This document shows, one piece after another, positions 1 to 12,071 of a DNA stretch of 34,063 nucleotides. The notes beneath the pieces were generated by a model that searched no databases, was not told the origin of the DNA, and saw only the letters and a list, made by a program, of their open reading frames with translations. The stretch comes from Octopus sinensis (Eukaryota): positions 1-34,063 of the forward strand of contig NW_021831936.1 in assembly GCF_006345805.1 (NCBI RefSeq). Direction: 5' to 3'. Made by a program: the position numbers and the translations under genes. Within the stretch, counting starts at the first letter, position 1. Each line of letters starts with the position of its first letter.

Positions 1-31
1 TATATATATAATATGTGTATTTTTTTTTAAT

Positions 32-232
32 CCAGTTTCAGCTCACAAGCTGTGGCCATGCTGGGGCACCGCCATTTGGTGTTGCTACATGATTTTACTT
101 CACGAATGCTTTTTAGCAATTGCCATTTGGTGCATGAGAGAGTTCGATGCAGCTGCCCTCATCTGCACCGCCTGCCGTGAAATTGGTTCATCTGGGACAC
201 CTGACAAGAAGAGATCCAGTTTTATTTTAAGG
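32..232 (-). mobile_element. 3' tail of CR1/L2-like LINE (inverted relative to the copy at 1655-2466)
   Basis: Its reverse complement aligns at roughly 90% identity by eye to 2234-2432. It ends in ...GAGCTGAAACTGG followed by an A-rich tail. Confidence 0.85.
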
Positions 233-267
233 GAATATTTATATATATATATGTGTGTGTGTGTGTG

Positions 268-318
<51 letters not shown>

Positions 319-327
319 TCTGCAAAT

Positions 328-968
328 GTGGTCTAATTAATAAGTATTCTGACTGTTGCTACAGTAACGAGAGATAAACCACGGAGAATGAAGCTGCTTG
401 GCAAGGATTGACCTTGCAATCTACCGTAACTCACTTTTTACAGCAATACTTGGTAGGAAGATGTGTAGCGTGAAATCACCGCATTGAACATGACAAAGAA
501 TGTTGAGCTAAGTATCTGCATGAAATTTTGCCAGAAGATTAGCGATACCTACTGAGAGGCCTACACAAAGTCTTCTGCGATGTTTTTCTCAGTTCTGCTG
601 GTTGCGGCTCTCCCAGAACGTTCATCAGTGTCGAAATTTCATTGGCCATCTTGAAACTTCTGAACTATTCGTACACTTGTGTGCTGTTCATAAACTTTTA
701 TGTTGTTCATACAGGTCCTGAAAGACTGCGCAGCACTCTCAGCAGCTATCACCAAGACAACTTCCTATCTCAAGGGCAATGCGAAGATCACATGTACACA
801 CGTTCCTTCCAAGCACTATTATAAAGAGCAGAGGCAAGCTACAACACTGAAATATTATTGCGCATGCACAGCAGAGTTGAAGGTCAAAGTTTAGCCAGCG
901 GTTTCATAATGCATGCTATAGCCTCATCAGTAGGCAAAAGTCCGGATACTTATTTATCGGACTGTGTA
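328..968 (+). mobile_element. Degenerate mariner-like element with imperfect TIRs, internal deletion and internal inversion
   Basis: TIR-like ends at 328-362 (GTGGTCTAATTAATAAGTATTCTGACT) and 931-968 (rc ACAGTCCGATAAATAAGTATCCGGACT). The + strand at 490-570 encodes MTKNVELSICMKFCQKISDTY*EAYTK. The - strand at about 575-700 encodes a mariner HTH continuation (MNSTQVYE*F...DERSGRAATSRTEKNIA, frameshifted). Confidence 0.75.
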
Positions 969-1600
969 CACACACACACACAGACACACATATATATACA
1001 CATACATATATACAATATATATACATATATACACACACACATATATATATACACATTTATATATACATACATATGCATATATATATATATAAATACATAT
1101 ACAGACATCTATCAACATAAATATCCTTATATATATGCATCTATACACATATATATACATATACATATATAAACATATGCATATACACATACATATACGC
1201 ACACTATATACATACATTATATATATATACTATATGCATACAATACACACACAACACACACAAACTATATAGATATATATATATATATATAAATATATAT
1301 ACCTATATATATATATATATATAAACATCTATATATGCATATATATACAATTATATACGTATATGCTTATATATACACATATTTGTATACATAAATACAT
1401 TTATATATATGTATAAATGCGTATATATATAAACATATATACATATATACATATATATACATATATAAATAAAACTCACGTGGAAGAAGAAGAAAACGAC
1501 TCGTGCGTTCAATCATATAATAACAATATAATAAAAAAAAAATATGCATACATACATACATATATGTACATACCTACATCTGTATGTATATATACATGCA
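965..1600. repeat. Compound (CA)n/(TA)n microsatellite
   Basis: Directly visible dinucleotide runs. Confidence 0.95.
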
Positions 1601-1654
1601 TATATGAGTACAGGACACCACAAATAAACGTAGAACACAACGAGATACGAAAAC

Positions 1655-2466
1655 ATAAAACCAAACAAGGAAACGGGTATTTACATGAGTAATGATGCAA
1701 CCTTTCATGTGCATGTTGCTAAATTGGCAATGAAATGTAGGCGGCTGACCGGATGGATTCTTAGACACTTTAGAACAAGAGACCAGGAAACCATGATGGT
1801 CTTCTGGAGGACACTTGTCCTAAGTCACTTTGACTATTGCTCTCAGCTATGGTCACCATCTAGTGTCAAATTAATCACAGAACTTGAGGCGATCCAACTA
1901 AGCTACACGAAGAAGATGGCCTCTGTGCAGCATATAAGCTACTGGGAAAGACTCAAGAGATTGAGACTCTATTCCTTAATTCCTTAGAGCGTAAGTGAGA
2001 AAGATATGCCATAATATATATCTGGAAGATCCTAGAAGGACTTGTCCCAAACTTTGGCATCGAGAGTTACACAAATGCTAGAACTGGGCGCCACTGCATA
2101 GTGCCAAGGACTCCAAATTTGCCATCAAGATGTAGGACAAGATACTGTGATAGCCTGGGCTTCCGAGGCCCACAGCTCTTCAATATCCTCCGGAAGGACC
2201 TGAGAGACCTGCATGGGGTGGACGCAGATGTCTTTAAAATGGAACTGGATATCTTCCTGTGAGGTGTCCCAGATGAACCAACTTCACGGCAGGAGGTGCA
2301 GATGAGGGCAGCTGCATCGAACTCTCTCATGCACCAAATGGCAGTTGCTAAAAAGCATTCGTGAAGTAAAACCATGTAGCAACACCAAATGGCGGTGCCC
2401 CAGCATGGCCACAGCTCGTGAGCTGAAATTAGAATCAATCAATCAATCAATGTGAGCTGAAACTAG
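1655..2466 (+). mobile_element. 5'-truncated CR1/L2 (Jockey-group) LINE fragment: RT C-terminus and 3' UTR
   Basis: Translation reads GIYMSNDATFHVHVAKLAMKCRRLTGWILRHFRTRDQETMMVFWRTLVLSHFDYCSQLWSP...ELEAIQ...YWERLKRLRLYSL, the typical RT thumb of the CR1 group. Frameshifts follow, then (AATC)n and AATAA tails. Confidence 0.9.
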
Positions 2467-2628
2467 ATAAAATAAAAATAAATAAAATAAAAATAAATAA
2501 AATAATATAGACATATACATACATTATATATGCATAAAATACATATATCTATATATATATATATAAATATACCTATATATATATATAAATGTATACATAT
2601 ATATACACACAAATATATACTATGTATA

Positions 2629-2670
<42 letters not shown>

Positions 2671-2915
2671 CATATATACACATAGATACATGATCTAATA
2701 TATATATATATACATATATACATATATATACATATGCATATACCTTTATACATACACATATATACATATATACATACATATACAAATATATATATACATA
2801 TATACATGTATACGTATATACATATATACATACACACACACACACACACATATATATATACATATACAAATATATATATACATATATACATGTATACGTA
2901 TATACATATATACAT

Positions 2916-2956
<41 letters not shown>

Positions 2957-3085
2957 CATAAATATACACATTCATATGCATATATATACATATATATACA
3001 TACACTTTAAAACCAAGCATACAGTTATGAATCTGTGCTTAAAGTTTTACCTACATGAAAACATATATACACACATACACACACG
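2467..3085. repeat. AATAA run followed by compound (TA)n/(CA)n microsatellite
   Basis: Directly visible. Confidence 0.95.
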
Positions 3086-4011
3086 CATACGTGGACATGT
3101 TAGCTTGCAGAATCGTTGGCATGTCGGATAAAATGTTAATCGTCACTTCTTCCGACATATTCCCCTGTGCACTCAACTTTGCCTTTCATTATTTTGTTGT
3201 CGATAAAACAATGATCCTCTAAAATACCGGATTCGATATATTTTGTCCGCTTCCCCATAAAATCCATGCCCCTGTACCGAAATTATATACCTCTGCCTTT
3301 TGTATATTAACGTTAAAAGCTATTATATTATGTCAAGTTCATGTTGATATTTGTCTACATTTTTGACCATCTAATTAAATGTCATATTCGCAAGATTAAA
3401 TATATATATTTGCTACTAGACTCTATATTTTAAAATATCACATGCTGGGAAATAATTCATATAATTTTTATATAACATGTTATTAATATACAAATGTGTC
3501 TGCTGTAATAATTACATAATATTTTCTTAAATTTAAGTTGCTGCGGAAATTTACTGCAACCAATCACAGAACTACGTCAGAACTTTCTGACACTTGATAA
3601 TGTATTGTGCATTTGAGAAATAAGGTAAAGTGATGCATATATAACAGTGTATATATGTGTGTTGTTATAATACTAAAATGGCAGTCCCATGATGTAATTT
3701 CCTGAGATTTTCTGTCTCAACACGGTCTGAGATTAAAACTTTACGAAATGTATGAATTATGATAGCTTCATTTGAAATGATAAATATTTTCCCGTAATTA
3801 CGTGATGTTTATCGCTATTATTTTGTATCTCTCTCTCTCCCCCTATCTCTCCCCCATCTCTCACTCACTCTCTCTCTTTCTTTCTCTCCCTCTGTCTCTC
3901 GACTACATATTTATAAGGTTCTCGCTGTCTACGATGGCACTTGCATTCAACTATATATGCCTTTGTGCTTATGGATCGGAATGTATGATGATGTGTTTAT
4001 ATATATATATA

Positions 4012-4042
<31 letters not shown>

Positions 4043-4380
4043 CTTATAGAGAGAGAATATGAGGAGTTTAGTTCACTAATGATCTAAACGAATAGGTACT
4101 CTGTGTAAATGCTATTCCTGGTTTCCAAGTTCTCAGCAGAGGCTGAGGCTAAGGGTCCGTGGTATGCTTCCAGGTTAGTAGGTATATATTAGAGGAAAAG
4201 GACAACAAATAATATATAAGGATATATAATACACATATCTGTGTTTCCATATATATTTATCTATATATATATTATATATAATATATATATATATATATAT
4301 TATAAATATATATATATATATAATATATATATAATATAACATATATATATATATATATTATATATATATATATATTATTG

Positions 4381-4412
<32 letters not shown>

Positions 4413-4835
4413 ATATATATATAGTGTTTTCAATGGATGAATGTGAGTTCGTCCTTTAATTGGAGTAAGTAATTTCAAAAGATTTCTGTTGTTTCTTCAT
4501 ACCTTACTATTGAATTTACTAATGTAAATTTGTATAGGTATGGAAACTTATATAGAAGTAAACAGTATACGATTTAACTTATTAAACAGTTCAACAATTC
4601 CCTTCATATTTATTTAAGAGAGGTGATTGGATGTTAAAATGGATTTTATTCTTTTACTTTTCATGTGGCTATATAATTTGTTTCATACAAAAAGACTCCG
4701 ATATTCAGAATAGAAAATCGGAATTACCAAAGTTGTACTCATCGGTACCTGGAATAAAAGCTTTCAAAGTCGTTAAAAGTACACACATTTTCTTTTAATA
4801 ATCATATTATATAATATCTTCGTTCTTAAAGTCAC

Positions 4836-4902
<67 letters not shown>

Positions 4903-4904
<2 letters not shown>

Positions 4905-5791
4905 CAGGTCATACCATGAATAATGAGGATTTTTCAATTGCAGAAAGTCGGAGCGGTTCGGAGTAAACTATTTGCATCAACTTGATATAGGACCAGGTAG
5001 TAATTTTACCTAGTACTCATTCTTGGTGCAAGTTTTGAAGTGTGCAGTTCGATACTAGCAGTACTTTTTAAAATCTATGATGGAAGTGACAAAAGAGAAT
5101 TTTTGGCATGGGTTCAAGAAAAGCAACAATGCAACGGAAAGTGCGTGTAATATTAATGCAGTATATGGGGATCGGACAAGAAGCATAGGCCATAAGCCAG
5201 TGTCAATAGTGGTTCCAGAAATTCCGACCCGGAAACTACAGCCTTGAAGACGAACCTCATCGTGGAAGATCTGTAGAACTCGATGAGGATGTCCTGCAAA
5301 CCCTGTTGGAAGAAAATCCTATCGGAAATGTTCAGGTACTAGGTGGTTGGATCTGGTCATTCAACCATTCATTGACACCTGCGTGCCATCGGAAAACGAC
5401 CAGCTTTGGTTTCAAGGCGAAAAATGTTCCTCCATCAGGATAATTCTTAGCCAGATACGGCGAGGATGACATTCCAAAGGCTGGAGCATTTTGAATGGGA
5501 AACGTTGCCCCAACCACTATATTCGCTGGGGCATTGTCCCATCTGATTATCATTTCTTCAACAGTCTTCATAATCATTTGGATGGAAAAAATATGAATTC
5601 TGTAGACGAAGTGAGAACAGTACTAGAGGAGTATTTTGCGTCAAGTGATTTTGAAAGAGGGCCTTGCAAGTCTACCAGGTACATGTAAAACGCTGTAGAA
5701 AAGGAAGGAGAGTATATTTTAGATTAAGAAAGATCTACGTTTGAAAATTAAATAGTATTAAAAACTGCATTATTAATGGCATGACACACGT
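4903..5791 (+). mobile_element. Internally deleted mariner transposon with both TIRs, inserted in (TA)n
   Basis: TIRs GTCATACCATGAATAATG and rc GTCATGCCATTAATAATG. Transposase remnants include MEVTKE...WFQKFRPGNYSLEDEPHRGRSVELDEDVLQTL and IVPSDYHFFNSLHNHLDGKNMNSVDEVRTVLEEYFAS. TA tracts lie on both sides. Confidence 0.9.
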
Positions 5792-5799
5792 ATATATAT

Positions 5800-5856
<57 letters not shown>

Positions 5857-5984
5857 TGTGCATCGATCTATATACGTCAAATCTACTAATATATATATAT
5901 ACGTCAAATCTACTAACGGTTTGTTTAGATACTTAATAACGTTCTGTTTATCAATTAGGCAGACATCGTAATGTTATAATGTCT

Positions 5985-6075
5985 TGTTGTTTATTCCTTC
6001 GAATAAAACCAATGTTGTCTTCGAAACATATGTCGAAAGTAAAAGAATTTTAATAACATCTTCGTTCAACTCCAT
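5985..6075 (+). mobile_element. Penelope-like terminal repeat remnant with the 3' half of a hammerhead
   Basis: Homologous to 32430-32525: TTATTC-loop-GAATAA apex, GAAACATATGTC-GAAAG, and ...ACTCCATTT end. Confidence 0.6.
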
Positions 6076-6099
6076 TTATTTACCTATATATATATATAT

Positions 6100-6177
<78 letters not shown>

Positions 6178-7996
6178 GATATATATATAATATATATATA
6201 TATATATAATATATATAGTATATATATATATATATATATATATAAATACATATATATATACATATATATAAAATAATATAGAAGAAACTGGAGTGAACAA
6301 GGAGTTATTTTTTAATCGCTGCAATTGTTTCAGCGCAACATAGCTCTCCAAGAATACAGGTATTTGATTGTATAATGAGATTTAGTTATGTTTCTTCGGG
6401 TTATATTCCAGTCTTGTCTCTCTTTGTGTTAAATTGAGACAACAAAGCCAAGGCTAAGTGAAATATAGTATTAAGAGAAAATGTATACATACATACCCAC
6501 TCACATACTTACATACATACACAGATGTGTGGGTGTGTGTGATCCTTTGTGTTTATAGGCACCAAAAAATTGCTTAGAGCATGAAGTGTCCTGTATGTAC
6601 TCAATCCAGCGTAAGAACATTGTATTCCCCTGGAGCAATTTACTGGATCCTATAGTATTTATTTATTAGATGCAGCATCAGCATACATCGATAAATATCG
6701 GCTTTCCTATACTTTCTGTCCACAGGGTAACTCCCCAATGTGTCCAGGTTTTAACGCAACTTCGGGTTTAGTTATGAAAGCTGATGCATTCTAAAACGAG
6801 AATCCGATTTATGATTTATGAAACACGGAGAAGCTGTTGCTTCTGCAACACACACAGACACACACACACACACATGGTATTAAGATTGTCTGCTCATACA
6901 CACATATATAAGTCTATATACAATTATATATGCATATTCATATAAATGTACCTACATATATATCAACGTATACATATATGTGTGTGTGCATAAATATTTA
7001 TGCATATGTATTTACGTAGATAAACATACGTGTATATATGAATGTATGTATGTATCAATATATATATATATATATATATACAACAAAAGTATTAAGGAAT
7101 GACCCTGACAGGTCGTTCAACTCAGTTGAAAAGAGCAGCTAAACTCAAACCGCAAAAATAGTAGTAATTCTGAAAACTAAAGGAGAAATAAAAACATTTA
7201 TCCCTTTCAACTTTGTACCCTGCAGAAAATTTTTCTTTAATTTTTCTTGAATTTTTTTGCTACCCTTATATTGATTAATTATATATATATATATATATTC
7301 ATAAATAAATATATACATATGCACACACAGACATATATATAAAGGTATATTCATAAATATACATATAAATGCTTCGTAGGAACCTACGTTACTGCTATTT
7401 TTAACCCAAGCAATACATATCCCCAAGCAATATATATACTCAAGCAATATATATCCCCAACAAATATATATCGGGTGCAAATTGCATAGAATACTTAGCT
7501 GGGGGTTGAAAATGGCGTTAACCTCCTACGAAACAACCATGTTTAAGTGGTGGTCAAAATTACTTTTATATATATATATAGGCAAATTAAATATTATAAA
7601 AAAATGAAAGATGACAAAAGTCAAAAAGACGTATACAATGACGCTCAGTATAAGATGAGAAAATGAATGGGTGTGTAACGTTTCGGGCATGACTTTTCGT
7701 CAATACGAAGAGAGAAGAAAGAGAAGGGATTAAATGTCCGGGAAGAAAGAAAAAAGTCCAAAAATGTGTGGCTGTCCTGGTCGGGATACCATATTTTGTT
7801 TGCAGCCCTACAATACAGCCAAGCATGTTAAAAGTTTAAACTTTCTGACGTTATCTCTATAGATATTCCATGGAATTTATAGTCAGTACTGACAGTTAAG
7901 GCATTTCGAATACGAAGACATATTTTTCTATATTCAATCATATTGTATACATAAACGTATTCGAAATGTTGTAACTTTCAGCGCTGGGTCTAACTG

Positions 7997-8288
<292 letters not shown>

Positions 8289-8326
8289 ATATATATGTAT
8301 ATATATATATATATGTGTGTGTGTGT

Positions 8327-8408
8327 GAACTTCCAACCTGTTGTCTCTTGAGGTCTCTGGGTGAGACTTGGAGCCAACTTGTACAAATGTAAAGCAAAAG
8401 TCAAACAT
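8327..8408 (+). mobile_element. 3' UTR tip of R4/Dong-clade LINE (subfamily A) followed by (TAA)n
   Basis: Nearly identical (about 3 mismatches) to 29261-29344, the 3' end of the long RT/RLE copy. Confidence 0.9.
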
Positions 8409-8410
8409 AA

Positions 8411-8467
<57 letters not shown>

Positions 8468-8469
<2 letters not shown>

Positions 8470-8955
8470 TGGCCGTCTCCCCACGAGCCAATCAAAGCTA
8501 AAAAATGATAACATTATCGTAGCACCAAAATGTTTTTGGAAACTAAAAGGAAAACTAAATCAGTATACCAAATCGCTTGTCCTATGGTTAATCTGGAAGC
8601 GCGTCCCCCAGGGAAGAGCCACCTGGGATCGAAAAGTCATCAACTGGCACAAACTCTTCTCCGAATACGGACATGGATGGTCACTTGAACGGGAAATCCC
8701 CCAACTCGAGCCCTCCAAGTTCACCACCACAACCACCACAGAAAGAAAAATGTAAGCGGAACAAATGGACCCGAGAAGAATATAAAGAAGTAATATACGC
8801 TTATTACTATGCATTAGGTAGGCCATCTCAAGAGAGACACACCGCAAGAGTTTGGTTTAATGGCCTACCAATATACACTATGAGTTTCTTTGCCCTAGGA
8901 GTCGGGAAGACACTCGGCAAGAAATGGAAGAAAATTTGAAAGAAGAAAAAAAAAG
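8468..8955 (+). mobile_element. Internally deleted R4/Dong-like element (5' end fused to subfamily-B 3' UTR)
   Basis: The 5' part encodes ...RNKWTREEYKEVIYAYYYALGRPSQ, resembling R4-clade N-termini from recall. 8848-8955 is nearly identical to 27274-27378. (TAA)n lies on both sides. Confidence 0.65.
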
Positions 8956-8966
8956 TAATAATAATG

Positions 8967-9022
<56 letters not shown>

Positions 9023-9023
<1 letters not shown>

Positions 9024-9405
9024 TGCCAATACACACAGAGAAATCAAGGCTAACAGACCACATATAGTTATCAGAGATCACCAAGAAAATAGATGCATTC
9101 TAATCGATGTATCAGTAACAACAGATGAAGAAACGGAGAAACTTTCAAAATAGAAAGATCTGAAAATAGGGGTAACTCGCATGTGGAGCCTAAAAGTAGA
9201 AACATTCCCTACAATTGTAGGCGCATTAAGTATGATAAAAAGAAAAACATTCAGACAAATACATAGCTGAAAAACCAGGACTTAAAAGTGTACATAACAT
9301 AGAGAAATAACACTACTAGGCACCGCACAAATCCTATGTAAGGCACTTTCAATACAGTGAAAGTAAGAGCACCACAACAAATTACAGCACATACCTAATA
9401 AGCAC
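9023..9405 (+). mobile_element. R4/Dong-clade LINE 3' fragment (RLE domain, decayed)
   Basis: MPIHTQREIKANRPHIVIRDHQENRCILIDVSV...EKLSK*KDLKIGVTRMWSLKVETFPTIVGALSMIK matches the RPD...D RLE motif region. Confidence 0.85.
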
Positions 9406-9451
9406 GTAATAAAAAGGAAACTGCTGAATAATTATGATTATGATAATAATA

Positions 9452-9670
9452 AGGCGAACTGGCAGAATCATTAGCTCGCCGGCCAAAATGATTCGCGGCA
9501 TTTCGTCCGTATTTACGTTCTAAATTCCAATTCAACCGAGGTTGACTTTGCCTTTTATCCTTATACCGTCGATAAATTAAGTACCAATTATGCACTGGGG
9601 TCGCAGTAATCCATTAGCCCCCTTCCCACAAAATTTCAAGTTTTGTGCCTTTAATAGAAAGGATTATTAT
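9452..9670 (+). mobile_element. tRNA-derived SINE (family A)
   Basis: Head AAGGCG..CTGGCAGAATC, body shared with the 14087 and 19900-20640 copies, (ATT)n tail. Confidence 0.8.
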
Positions 9671-9952
9671 TATAATTATCATTAATAATAATAATTTATT
9701 TTATTTGCCACAAGTTCATTCATGCAGCAAGATCTTACACAAAAAGAAAACTGAAGGCAATATGCATTTAGTGAGCGTGCGAGAGCCGGCTGTGTCGCTA
9801 AAAGGGGTATTGTTTCAGAATAAATACCATGTTGTTGCATATTGTTTTAGGTGCCTGTGCATTGGTCAGGTGTCGCATATGCTCTTTCACCCAGCAGCAT
9901 CTTCAGAGTTTGACAACTGGAATGGAGAGAGTGCTACAACAGCAGTCAGGTT

Positions 9953-10030
9953 GTACTCATTTTTAGCTGGGACAACTTGAAATAAAGTGCCCTGCTCAAA
10001 GACACAATTCACCACCCACAGGCAGTAATT
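9953..10030 (-). mobile_element. Headless CORE-like SINE central domain
   Basis: rc TTGTGTCTTTGAGCAGGGCACTTTATTTCAAGTTG... matches the core of the SINE at 14563-14901. Confidence 0.65.
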
Positions 10031-10422
10031 GATCGGGTTCTGTCGTCTTCTCCGGGCCATCAGAGAACGCGCCGACGACGGCGTGGAACGCCGCTGCGCT
10101 TAAGAGGAATCGTCGGTCAGATTCGAGGACATCACCGGATCGTTCGATCGGTAATAGCGAACGGTGGTGTGTATAAAAGACAGTGACGTGATCGACGCGG
10201 GCTGACGACCCACGCCTACAGGGAATTTCTCGTTCACGGAGTTGGTTCCAAGCCCCGATCCATATCATGGGAGGTGGTTCACGGGTTTCCCGACACTCTC
10301 GGGCCGAGGGAGATGCGCCCGCTGATTCCTTCAGTGTTGTGCGCGTGCGGCCCCGGACATCTAAGGGCATCACAGACCTGTTATCGCTCCGCCTCGTGCA
10401 GCTTTCTGTCGCCCGTACCCCT
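10031..10422 (-). pseudogene. 18S rRNA gene fragment (3' part, about V7-V9), pseudogenised
   Basis: rc contains ATAACAGGTCTGTGATGCCCTTAGATGTCCGGGGCCGCACGCG. The universally conserved TTTGTACACACCGCCCGTCG is mutated to TTTATACACACCACCGTTCG. The sequence stops before GTCGTAACAAGG, and no ITS or other rDNA flanks it. Confidence 0.92.
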
Positions 10423-11277
10423 ATATATTTATATAAGCAGAAGTGAAGCAAAATGTTCTTTGTCAATCTCCTTAAGTTCTTCGAAATTTTAAGTAAAATT
10501 ATACTAATGTGTCCATCTGTTTTAATTTAATTAAAATCTATGTCCTTGTACATCTGAGGATTGCAGTGCATTTAAATTGATGTAATGGTTGCATTGTTCA
10601 ATTAAATGGAGCTGCGTGAAACGATCGTACTGCATTACCTCTGGATATCTTTGTTGCTTATTTTGATATATATATATAATTTCACGTTGTTCTGCGACCG
10701 CCTCCACATCTCATACAGGAGACGCCCATTTGATATAGCGAGTGATCTAATGTACATCACAGACATTTGGTTTGTAGAAACAAATCATCTGTGCAGGCTG
10801 CTCAGCAAAAGTCTGTCATTTAAAACGAGATGGTCCACCACATGCATACACGTACAAACATATATATACACACACGCAATATAAGAGGTGAAAAATGGTG
10901 TTATACAATACATCGAGACATTGTACAAGATAATGATGCAAATAAATACACAGAGAGTATATACTATTGTATGAAGTTTCACGCACACATATCCATATAT
11001 TCACGCATTATATATACACTTATACTCATACATAGTAGCGTCTGTCTATATATGTGTAAGGCACTTCAGTTCACGTTCCTCCAGACTGCTCAGCTGTAAA
11101 CGAATACCTTCTCACACCCTCCACCTGTCGCATTCTCGAAGTTACTATCTCCTTAGTGTGGCGAGTTGCTCGAGTCTATTTAGGCACCTAACAAGCCAGC
11201 AAACGCATGGTCCAAGCTCCTAGGTAATCCCCTTTTGCGAATGACTGCTAAGTGTGTCTGTGTGTGTTTATATATAT

Positions 11278-11479
11278 GGAAATGAGTTGCGACGTCAGTG
11301 GTGCCAAGCTGTATCGGCCCCTTTGCCTTTCCCTCGGATAACATCGGAGACATGGAGAGGAGAAGATGGTATGCATGGGCGACTGGTGGTCTTCTAGAAA
11401 CAACCTTGACCGGACTTGTGCCTCGGAGGGTAATTTTCTAGGTGCAATCCCATGGTCATTCGTGACCGAAGGGGGTCTC
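11278..11479 (+). mobile_element. 5'-truncated SINE (family B tail)
   Basis: Reverse-complement match to 14563-14770. Confidence 0.85.
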
Positions 11480-11560
<81 letters not shown>

Positions 11561-12071
11561 GGTAAAAATAACACAAATGACGTGAGTAAAATTTACGATT
11601 AAAAGGAAGTTATCAAACGAAAAATATTATGTGTAATCATACAAGCGAAAGCACGTGCTTGAAAAGCGTAGAAATGTAAAGCGGCAAAAAACAAGGGACA
11701 AAGAGATGGACAATGAAACAACAGAACAGCCTCTGACGTTTCAAGTGATCTTGTAAAAGAGTAGGTAAAAGAATTGAGAGACAATTAAATGAAACTATAC
11801 CAAGAGAGCCAACTGTTCTGGCAGACATCAGTTACACACACAAAATCCCCTCCACACACGTGAGCACGCATGAACACACACACACACACACACATGCACA
11901 CACATGCACACACACATGCATGTATGTACATATGGTATAGTATACGATGATAGATGGACAAAGGCGTCCAGTTGTTTGATAAACTGCACGAATTACTCAT
12001 TACATTAGCGAGGAGCCAAGTGTTTGCCTATTCCTCCGATGCATATCCTTAACGTCACTCTCGAATGTGAA

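Noticed and set aside
880-935. Minus-strand CTGATGA...GAAA near the mariner right TIR
   Set aside because: There is no G-C closed stem II, no valid stem III/NUH and no stem I. It is probably a chance motif.
7670-7712. Minus-strand TTGACGA...CCCGAAACGTTA hammerhead-like remnant
   Set aside because: The core C is mutated and stems I and II do not pair. It may be an old PLE terminus but is too decayed to call.
10031-10422. Functional rRNA gene
   Set aside because: It is an isolated fragment with substitutions in universally conserved positions and no rDNA context, so it is annotated as a pseudogene.
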